Part shown: positions 7,815 to 13,937 of the stretch, one piece after another
Layout of the letters: every line of letters starts with the position of its first letter
Position numbering within the stretch: position 1 is the stretch's first letter
Virus record (IMG/VR): IMGVR_UViG_3300038393_002953
Direction: 5' to 3' (one strand)
DNA length: 20,000 nucleotides
Source of the DNA: an uncultured virus (IMG/VR IMGVR_UViG_3300038393_002953)
Lineage: Duplodnaviria; Heunggongvirae; Uroviricota; Caudoviricetes
Translations under genes and position numbers: made by a program
Notes under the pieces: model-generated
The model's database searches: none
What the model was told of the DNA's origin: nothing
Seen by the model: only the letters and a program-made list of their open reading frames with translations

Positions 7815-7989
7815 CGACCGCAGCGCTGCCGACCATGCGAACTAGGGCATTTCGGGCGAGCGTCTTGGCTTCTTCGATGTCGTTGGCGGCCCCTTCGACA
7901 ACGCAGGCCCACTTCTCGCCGTCACCTCGGCGCTCGTCGTAGACATAGAAGGCCCACCAGCCGGGCCGCACCTCAATAAACTTGCTCAT
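7804..7989 (-). CDS. hypothetical protein
   Basis: AAGGAG RBS, 61 aa. Confidence 0.7.
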   Translation of the reverse strand: MSKFIEVRPGWWAFYVYDERRGDGEKWACVVEGAANDIEEAKTLARNALVRMVGSAAVEVS

Positions 7990-8001
7990 CCTGGTCTCCT
8001 T

Positions 8002-8029
8002 AGGTCAGATAGTTGTCGGAATCCGGACT
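8002..8029 (-). repeat. 28-bp junction element, core CGACAA
   Basis: AGTCCGGATTC CGACAA CTATCTGACCT. Confidence 0.7.
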
Positions 8030-8180
8030 AACCGCCCACCTGGCGAATTTCGGTCACTTCATGGTCTCTAATGTGGTCCGTCCAGTCCACCTGGCCGACC
8101 TTATTCTCGGCCTGGGCCTCGTTGTCGGCAGTCACGTAGAACTTGACGTGCAGGACGGCGGTCACCTCGTAGTTGGGCAT
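8028..8180 (-). CDS. 50-aa hypothetical protein (not in ORF track)
   Basis: Hand-translated MPNYEVTAVLHVKFYVTADNEAQAENKVGQVDWTDHIRDHEVTEIRQVGG. GGAGGAG RBS. Confidence 0.7.
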   Translation of the reverse strand: MPNYEVTAVLHVKFYVTADNEAQAENKVGQVDWTDHIRDHEVTEIRQVGG

Positions 8181-8197
8181 TGTGTCTCCTCCCGGCG

Positions 8198-8225
8198 TCG
8201 CCGGAGTTTTAGTGCTGTCACGAGC
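8198..8225 (-). repeat. 28-bp junction element, core CACTAA (first of island 1)
   Basis: GCTCGTGACAG CACTAA AACTCCGGCGA. Confidence 0.6.
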
Positions 8226-8343
8226 TTCAGGTGGGGCCGCGAGAACACTTGATTGCCATCTCGGCCCAGGTCTCGCCCTGTTCGAGGGTGACCGCGCCCT
8301 CGTAGCCGTCGCACGCGATGTCGCACTCGTATTCCAGCTCGAT

Positions 8344-9243
8344 CTATTGCGGCAACCCGGCGGCGTCGCAGGCGCCCTTCCAGGACTTGTGGAACTTCTT
8401 GATCTCCTTCATGGAAGGCCAGGTGCGCGGGTTCTCCGCCTTGGAGCGCGCCGCGTTGTACTCGTTCAGGCGCGGGCGGCGGCCCAGTTCGCTCCCCAGC
8501 GCCTTGAGGCAGGAGAGGTCCAGCTTGCGCTCGGGCTTGGTCTTGACGATCGCGCGCAGGCAGTCCTGGTCGGGCTCGTAGCCGGGCTCGGCCAGCTTGG
8601 CCTTCAGCGCAGGGTCGATCAGCTTGGCGATGTTCGGCCAGCTCTTGAAACGACGGTAGAGCTGGCGCGGCGCGGGCCAGTCGCGCCGCGCGGCCACGGC
8701 CTCGTACTCCGAGACGCTCGGCATGCGCCCGATCTGCACCGCGAGCGTCAGCACCATGTCCAGCAGGTCCTCGTTGGACCAATACTGGTAGTGCGTGGGC
8801 TCCGTACCGGCGGCCTGGAGCGTAGCGGTCCAGCTCCCGAAGCCCTTCATCAGCGAGGCTGAGTGGGGCGCCTCGGGATTCTGATCGCGGCGCGCCTCCT
8901 CGTACTCCTTCTCGGTGACGGAGCGGCCTCGCTCCTTGATCAATTGGCGCAGGAAGGAGACGTCCTGCTTCTTGAACGTGCTGGGGAACTCCTCGCGCAG
9001 GGGGGTGATCGCCTGCGACCAGCCGCCGCAGCGGTTGCGGATCGTCATCGCGGACGGCCAGGGGAAGATCTTCGTGCCGTTCGCGAAACCCTCGACGTTC
9101 TCGTGGCTCTCGTCGAGCCATGCTTTGAGCGCCTCCTCGCGGATCGTCTCGTACTTCTTGATCGAGGGGAGATAGCCGATGACTTTCGCGACCGTTCGGA
9201 TCGAGTCCAGCATCTCCTCCTCAGTGAACATGAGCCTTGCCAT
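8344..9243 (-). CDS. homing-endonuclease-associated repeat protein (4 repeats, no nuclease domain seen)
   Basis: Four repeats of the form L..L...lGr.P...EY...PS...i..rFgSW..a...AG. Start moved to ATG 9243, which has an AAGGAGG RBS and lies downstream of the promoter. Confidence 0.8.
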   Translation of the reverse strand: MARLMFTEEEMLDSIRTVAKVIGYLPSIKKYETIREEALKAWLDESHENVEGFANGTKIFPWPSAMTIRNRCGGWSQAITPLREEFPSTFKKQDVSFLRQLIKERGRSVTEKEYEEARRDQNPEAPHSASLMKGFGSWTATLQAAGTEPTHYQYWSNEDLLDMVLTLAVQIGRMPSVSEYEAVAARRDWPAPRQLYRRFKSWPNIAKLIDPALKAKLAEPGYEPDQDCLRAIVKTKPERKLDLSCLKALGSELGRRPRLNEYNAARSKAENPRTWPSMKEIKKFHKSWKGACDAAGLPQ

Positions 9244-9281
9244 CTCGACATTCCTCCTTGACTTCTGGGACTTCGACAATC

Positions 9282-9310
9282 AGGTTAGCACGCATGGGTA
9301 TCAAAGTCAA
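9282..9310 (-). promoter_or_regulatory. sigma70-type promoter (leftward)
   Basis: TTGACT-17 bp-TAACCT with TGn extension. Confidence 0.65.
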
Positions 9311-9338
9311 CACCTAAACAGGTTAAGGGAAGACTGTA

Positions 9339-9367
9339 TTGACAACGGTGTTAGGATCGGTTATAAC
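9339..9367 (+). promoter_or_regulatory. sigma70-type promoter (rightward)
   Basis: TTGACA-17 bp-TATAAC. Confidence 0.75.
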
Positions 9368-9393
9368 TGGGTAAGCAGGAAGGAGAGAGCCGC

Positions 9394-9954
9394 ATGCTCG
9401 CATTGTTTTGGTATTCCCCGATCCCCCATTATGCCTTGCCCAACCGCGACGGCCAGCCCGCGTTTTTCCTGGAAGGCGAGACCTTCGAGGATCTGGCCTG
9501 GGACCTGGTGGAGCAATTCTTCGAGGGTTTCATGACCCAGGACGTGATCCACATCGCCACGCCCCAGCCGGTCAGCGGCCCCTTCTTGATGGACGGCGCG
9601 GACTTCGTGCCCTCGATCACGAAGCTGAACCGCTACCACGAGGAGCGCTTCTCTGAAGCCTGGTGGGATCGCCACCAGTGGGCGCTCGTCGAGTTCCTCG
9701 GCCAGGGCCGACTGGGCGAGATGGCGATCGCGAACTTCCGCGAGATCTGCCCGCCGCGCGCGCTGCTCGCGATCTACCTCTCGGTGATGATCGGTCGGTA
9801 CTACGCGCAGTTCCACGGCTTCCCAGAGGCCCCGCTCGACGCGCGCGTCGCGATCGAGTGGTTCGCGGCCAACAACTACCTGAAATGGCTCCCCACCCAG
9901 GACTCCCAGGCGATGTCGGCCATCATGGCGGGCGACCTGAGGGTGCTGTGGTAA
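9394..9954 (+). CDS. hypothetical protein
   Basis: AAGGAG RBS, downstream of a promoter, GC3-biased codons. Confidence 0.75.
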   Translation: MLALFWYSPIPHYALPNRDGQPAFFLEGETFEDLAWDLVEQFFEGFMTQDVIHIATPQPVSGPFLMDGADFVPSITKLNRYHEERFSEAWWDRHQWALVEFLGQGRLGEMAIANFREICPPRALLAIYLSVMIGRYYAQFHGFPEAPLDARVAIEWFAANNYLKWLPTQDSQAMSAIMAGDLRVLW

Positions 9955-9973
9955 CCCGACCCGGAGGTCCCCC

Positions 9974-10291
9974 ATGCTCGACCATACCTTCGCCACCCTC
10001 AACGCGCTCCAGGCCGCGCGCGAAGCCGCGCTCGCCGAGGACAAGCCCTTCAAGGCCAACGGCCTGAAGAAGGCCTACGACCACATGCGCGCGTTCTTCG
10101 CCAACGCGACGGACGCCTCGCTGCGCCCCGAGGTGCTGCGCGCGCTGCTCGCCGATCTGCGCCAGATGCGCCACGAGGCGCTGGGCAAGAACCACTACTT
10201 CGAGTCGATCGGCCTGCGCATCGCGATCGACGCGGTGATCGACCTGCTGCACCAGGCGGAGCAGGCCAATGCCGGGCTCCGACGCGCTTAG
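9974..10291 (+). CDS. hypothetical helical protein
   Basis: GGAGG RBS, GC3-biased codons. Confidence 0.75.
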   Translation: MLDHTFATLNALQAAREAALAEDKPFKANGLKKAYDHMRAFFANATDASLRPEVLRALLADLRQMRHEALGKNHYFESIGLRIAIDAVIDLLHQAEQANAGLRRA

Positions 10292-10688
10292 TCGCATCGC
10301 CGAGCAGGTCCGCACGCTCGTCCCTCGCCACGAGGTGGCGGCGCGCATCCGAGACGCCATCCGGGGTCACGACGACGCCGCGCTCGTGGCACTGGTCCTG
10401 GCGTTCCGGCAGCCCGACCTGGACGGCTACGTCGCGCGTCTGCTCGGCGAGAACCGCCCCAAGCACGTCCCCTGCCCGGCCTGCGCCGGGGAGGGGTCTC
10501 GCGGCGAGGAGCGGATCGCGCTGCGGCAACCGTGCCTGCTGTGCGGCGGGCGCAAGGCGATCGCGGTCAGCGACAAGCCCTGCCCGGTCTGCGCCGAGGT
10601 GCGCGCGGCGCTCCGGCCCGGCGCCTTCTTCCCCTGCCCGGCCTGCGCGGGCACCACCTTCCTGCTCAAGAGAAAGGACGAGGCATGA
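10269..10688 (+). CDS. DnaJ-type zinc-finger-like protein
   Basis: Four CxxC motifs (CPACAGEG, CLLCGG, CPVC, CPACAG). Confidence 0.65.
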   Translation: MPGSDALSRIAEQVRTLVPRHEVAARIRDAIRGHDDAALVALVLAFRQPDLDGYVARLLGENRPKHVPCPACAGEGSRGEERIALRQPCLLCGGRKAIAVSDKPCPVCAEVRAALRPGAFFPCPACAGTTFLLKRKDEA

Positions 10689-10990
10689 CCATCCAGGACG
10701 GCCACTGGACCGCCGACCCGGCTCCCGCCTACGACGGCCAGGGCTACGCCACGGTCAGGACGGACGAGGCGGTTTCCTACGCGCCGTATACGGCGAGCCA
10801 CTGCCTGCGCTTCACGCCGATCACGGCCCAGGGCGTCAAGGGTTACCGCCTGGACGAGGTGCCGGTCGGCGACGTGTACGTCCTGCGGGGCGACCAGTCG
10901 TTCGGCCAGCGCCGCAAGAAGGCCGACCCGGCCAAGAAGTCGAAGCGCAAGCAGACGAAGCGCTCGCGGCTGAAGAACCGCAAGAAATAA
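10685..10990 (+). CDS. hypothetical protein with Lys/Arg-rich C-terminal tail
   Basis: ATGA overlap at 10685. Ends RRKKADPAKKSKRKQTKRSRLKNRKK. Confidence 0.7.
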   Translation: MTIQDGHWTADPAPAYDGQGYATVRTDEAVSYAPYTASHCLRFTPITAQGVKGYRLDEVPVGDVYVLRGDQSFGQRRKKADPAKKSKRKQTKRSRLKNRKK

Positions 10991-11024
10991 AAAGGCCCCC
11001 GGAGAGACGTCTCTCCGGGGGCCT
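10986..11024 (-). terminator. rho-independent terminator (perfect 32-bp palindrome) between convergent operons
   Basis: AGGCCCCCGGAGAGAC|GTCTCTCCGGGGGCCT at 10993-11024, followed by a T-rich tail on the minus strand. Confidence 0.85.
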
Positions 11025-11048
11025 CGTCTTGGCGCTCAGGCGGCTTCT

Positions 11049-11549
11049 TCAAGGGGTCTCCTCCTGCTTCGTCTCGAACAGCGCGACGGCCCGTTCGACG
11101 TGGCGCTCGCGCAAGCCCCCGTCGTCGTCCATGAAGGACGTCTGGACCAGCCGGTGCGCCAGGTGCGCCATGTCGTCCTCGTCGTCCAGGATCACGATCT
11201 GCTCGGGCGCCACGCGGTGGCGGGTCATCCATTCCTGGATCTCCAGCCCGCGCGGGCCCGGGATCCTCGGCGTGACGCCGACGATCTCGTGGGCCTCGCT
11301 CAGGCCGCGCTCGCGCAGCCAGCCCGGGAGCTGCACGAGCCCCCGCCAGGACGACGAGATCACCACCTTGGCGCCCGTGCGGCGCAGCAGCGCGTCCAGG
11401 CGCGCCACGGCCTGGCCGTCGAGCTGCTTGAGGTGCCAGGTCTCGTTGGACTCGCCCTTGTTGTAGATCTCGGCGGCCTCGATCAGGTAGGCGCGGTGGT
11501 TCAGCACGCCGTCCACGTCCAGGAAAATGTAGCGTTCGGGATCGTTCAT
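11049..11549 (-). CDS. HAD-superfamily protein (Swiss-Army-knife RNA-repair HAD type)
   Basis: IFLDVDGVLN, VVISSSWR, RG.EI..W and VILDD motifs. Confidence 0.85.
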   Translation of the reverse strand: MNDPERYIFLDVDGVLNHRAYLIEAAEIYNKGESNETWHLKQLDGQAVARLDALLRRTGAKVVISSSWRGLVQLPGWLRERGLSEAHEIVGVTPRIPGPRGLEIQEWMTRHRVAPEQIVILDDEDDMAHLAHRLVQTSFMDDDGGLRERHVERAVALFETKQEETP

Positions 11550-11734
11550 CGGGTCTCCTTGAACAGCTTGCGCGCGGCGTGGTCGCGCTGGGCATAGCCG
11601 ATGGCGACGTGGACGCCCTCCATGTTGGTGGCGTACCAGTCCCTCGGGCGTTCACGGACGAAGCCGATCAGGCGCTCGCACAGGTAGACCTTGTAGCCGC
11701 CCAGGCCGGGCTTGTAGATCAGGTCGTCGGTCAT
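11546..11734 (-). CDS. small hypothetical protein
   Basis: MTDDLIYKPGLGGYKVY... with ATGA overlaps on both sides. Confidence 0.7.
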   Translation of the reverse strand: MTDDLIYKPGLGGYKVYLCERLIGFVRERPRDWYATNMEGVHVAIGYAQRDHAARKLFKETR

Positions 11735-12048
11735 GGATCCACCTTGACGACCTTGCCGTAGACGTTCTGGCCGCCGCACCAGCCGTTGGTGTGGCCGTGG
11801 TTGTTGCCGATCTTGAAGCGCATCTCGTCGTGCCGCGAGCGGTCCACGGCCTGAACCAGGTGGACGTAGATGTTGCCGCGCACCTTGCACAGCACCGCGT
11901 CGCCGACCATGACGTCGGCGCTCCTGACCGGCGCGATCGTGACCAGCTCGCGGTGCTTGATGCGCGGCGTCATGGAGTTGCCCGAGGGGCGGAACTGGAC
12001 GGTCTCGCCGCGCTTCAGCTTCTCGATGTGGACGTCGTAGAAGCCCAT
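11731..12048 (-). CDS. S24/S26 peptidase-like protein
   Basis: GNSMTP.I (catalytic Ser motif), GD.VL, VHLV and GKV. Confidence 0.7.
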   Translation of the reverse strand: MGFYDVHIEKLKRGETVQFRPSGNSMTPRIKHRELVTIAPVRSADVMVGDAVLCKVRGNIYVHLVQAVDRSRHDEMRFKIGNNHGHTNGWCGGQNVYGKVVKVDP

Positions 12049-12049
12049 G

Positions 12050-12268
12050 CTAGGCCTCCTCGGCGAAGCGGAAGACGCATTCGCCCCGGTTCACGTCGCG
12101 GTGGGCCTGGCGCAGGATCGCCATGTCGGCGTCGTCCGGCAGCCCGGAGACGAAGGCCCGGATGATCGCGCGGTCGAGCGCCATCACCGTGCCCTCGTCG
12201 TTCGCGCTCCAGAACGGGTTGAAGCGCGTGATCGCGCGGTGGAGCTGCGCCTGGGTGTAGGTGGTCAC
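12050..12268 (-). CDS. hypothetical protein
   Basis: GTGA overlap at 12268. VTTYTQAQLHRAITRFNPFW... Confidence 0.6.
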   Translation of the reverse strand: MTTYTQAQLHRAITRFNPFWSANDEGTVMALDRAIIRAFVSGLPDDADMAILRQAHRDVNRGECVFRFAEEA

Positions 12269-13020
12269 CGGGCACCGGCCTTCTTCAGGCACTCCTGGCA
12301 GAGCTTGTCGCGGTGGAAGCGGTGGACCAGGAAGGCGTAGGTCGCGCGCGGCTTGCGCACGGGGAAGTCCGGCATGCAGAGCGAGGCCTTGGGGTCGCCG
12401 CCGAACGGGATCAGGTGGTGGACCGCATGGCCCCACGAGCGATCGCGGTCGGTCCAGACGTAGCCCTCCGGCGGCAGGATCGGGTCGGCCACCGCCATCC
12501 CGCGCGCCTGGGCGAATGCCTCGGCATGCTCGGAGACCTTCAGCGCGGCGCGGGCGATCGCCTCGGCCTCGGTCGCGCCGAAGCCCATGAACCCCGTGCG
12601 GGCGAGGACGCCGATCGTGCATGAGTAGGCGTCGTCACCGCCTCGGCCCGTGCTGGCGAGGCGGAACGGCACGTCGCCGTCCGGGTACTCGCCGGGCGCC
12701 GCGAAGGGCAGCAGCATGCGCGCGAGCCCGAGCGCCTCGAAGGCGTCCTTGACGTCGCGGTGGCAGTCGGGCGCCAGCCAGAAGGGCTTCTTGGCGCGCT
12801 TGCCCCAGCTCTCGCCGACGCGGACGTGCGAGGTGCAGTGGCAGTTGTCGCGGGGGCCGGGCCAGTCCTGGAAGACCGTGATCGGCCAGGGGGCCATCGC
12901 GCCCTCGACGAAGCCGTCCACGCGCTTCGAGTAGCCGAAGAGCTTCTCGGCCAGTTGGTTGTCGAGTTCGCGCCCGGTCAGGGGCTGGGGCTCGGCGGGG
13001 GCGTTTTCGGTGGTGATCAT
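12265..13020 (-). CDS. phage ABA-sandwich-like domain protein with C-terminal CxxC
   Basis: GRELD..LAEKLFG, P....D...AF and A.AIARAAL motifs. AAAGGA RBS. Confidence 0.65.
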   Translation of the reverse strand: MITTENAPAEPQPLTGRELDNQLAEKLFGYSKRVDGFVEGAMAPWPITVFQDWPGPRDNCHCTSHVRVGESWGKRAKKPFWLAPDCHRDVKDAFEALGLARMLLPFAAPGEYPDGDVPFRLASTGRGGDDAYSCTIGVLARTGFMGFGATEAEAIARAALKVSEHAEAFAQARGMAVADPILPPEGYVWTDRDRSWGHAVHHLIPFGGDPKASLCMPDFPVRKPRATYAFLVHRFHRDKLCQECLKKAGAR

Positions 13021-13114
13021 GCGGGTCCTTTCTCGCGAGGGGATCTTTCATCGCTAGGGTCACGGCGATGATGTCACACGAAGTATTCGTTGCTACGTTC
13101 AGCCAAGATCGCAC

Positions 13115-13142
13115 GGATCTGGGTTTGCCTCTTATCGGGGTC
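13115..13142 (-). repeat. 28-bp junction element, core GAGGCA (last of island 2)
   Basis: GACCCCGATAA GAGGCA AACCCAGATCC. 13119-13137 is 16/19 identical to 4691-4709. Confidence 0.65.
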
Positions 13143-13299
13143 AGCGCATCTGCGGCGAGTCCACGGCGGCGCGGACAGCCGTCAGCGTGATCGCGATGAT
13201 TCGCTCCCGAGCCTGCTGCTTGAGCCCTTCCGGGTGGTCGCATAGCAATTCGGACAGGCGCTCAACCCATTCGCGCTCCTTGGCTTCCCAGTCGATCAT
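13141..13299 (-). CDS. 52-aa hypothetical protein (not in ORF track)
   Basis: Hand-translated MIDWEAKEREWVERLSELLCDHPEGLKQQARERIIAITLTAVRAAVDSPQMR. GGAG RBS. Confidence 0.6.
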   Translation of the reverse strand: MIDWEAKEREWVERLSELLCDHPEGLKQQARERIIAITLTAVRAAVDSPQMR

Positions 13300-13322
13300 T
13301 GTTTGCTCCATTCTGGCGCGTA

Positions 13323-13350
13323 GCGCCGGGTAATCATCCTTCGCTGTGCT
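13323..13350 (-). repeat. 28-bp junction element, core GGATGA
   Basis: AGCACAGCGAA GGATGA TTACCCGGCGC. Left arm plus core is 16/17 identical to 5844-5860. Confidence 0.6.
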
Positions 13351-13573
13351 TGGTCGGCGGCTCGGGTTCCCCCGCCATCGCGGCTACCAGCTTCGTAAGA
13401 CCGCCCCGGTCGTCCTCGCCATTGGCACGGGCGGTCTCGCGGGGCGTGGGCTTGCCCTCGCGGACCAGCTTCGCGCACTTCCCGCACCAGCGGTCGCCGC
13501 GCAGGCGTGTAAAGTTGGCGGCTCGATTCGTGATCGCCTGGCAGCCCGCGCAGGCGTAGAGTGAAAAGCCCAT
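13334..13573 (-). CDS. CxxC-containing hypothetical protein
   Basis: AAGGAGG RBS. CAGC...CGKC. Confidence 0.7.
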   Translation of the reverse strand: MGFSLYACAGCQAITNRAANFTRLRGDRWCGKCAKLVREGKPTPRETARANGEDDRGGLTKLVAAMAGEPEPPTKHSEG

Positions 13574-13588
13574 CGGTATATCCTCCTT

Positions 13589-13616
13589 GGGTCAGATAAT
13601 TGTCGTTGTCACGCCT
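13589..13616 (-). repeat. 28-bp junction element, core CGACAA
   Basis: AGGCGTGACAA CGACAA TTATCTGACCC. Confidence 0.8.
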
Positions 13617-13884
13617 TCGCGGGCTGCCCGTGAACGGCCTCATATGCCTTAGCGAATCGGGCGGCGGCCCTGGCGTGGCTCGCCTGCGCGTCTTTCAGGT
13701 TTCTGGTAACGATTGCCAGCGTCAACTCGGCGTTCCGAAGCTCTACAACCTCGGGGGCGACGTACTTGCCAGTGCCCTCGCAGACCGAGCAGGCAACTCG
13801 GTAGCGCGCGGTCCATTCCTTCGGGCCGCATCCCGCCCCTTCGCACTTCGTGCAGGGGTTCTTCTTGATTCGGCGCGCGATCAC
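13609..13884 (-). CDS. DnaJ-type zinc-finger-like small protein
   Basis: CTKCEGAG and CSVCEGTG (CxxCxGxG). AGGAGG RBS, GTG start. Confidence 0.7.
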   Translation of the reverse strand: MIARRIKKNPCTKCEGAGCGPKEWTARYRVACSVCEGTGKYVAPEVVELRNAELTLAIVTRNLKDAQASHARAAARFAKAYEAVHGQPAKA

Positions 13885-13898
13885 CTGGGCGCCCTCCT

Positions 13899-13926
13899 CT
13901 CGGTGATAGTTAGTGCTATCGCGGTT
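13899..13926 (-). repeat. 28-bp junction element, core CACTAA (first of island 2)
   Basis: AACCGCGATAG CACTAA CTATCACCGAG, with a clear GATAG-N6-CTATC dyad. Confidence 0.7.
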
Positions 13927-13937
13927 TACGCGCTAAC

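Noticed and set aside
2941..8225. CRISPR array
   Set aside because: The repeats are degenerate and separated by whole genes of 150-500 bp, not by constant 30-40 bp spacers.
8344..9243. Active homing endonuclease or intron
   Set aside because: No nuclease motif and no group I or II intron structure was seen.
13041..13113. tRNA gene
   Set aside because: Cloverleaf-like pairing and a GTTC word are present, but there is no proper T-arm, 7-nt anticodon loop or D-loop consensus.
2941..13937. Classical integron attC sites
   Set aside because: CTAAC/GTTAG words occur, but the RYYYAAC...GTTRRRY order, the 57-141 bp hairpins and an intI gene are absent. The gaps are too short.
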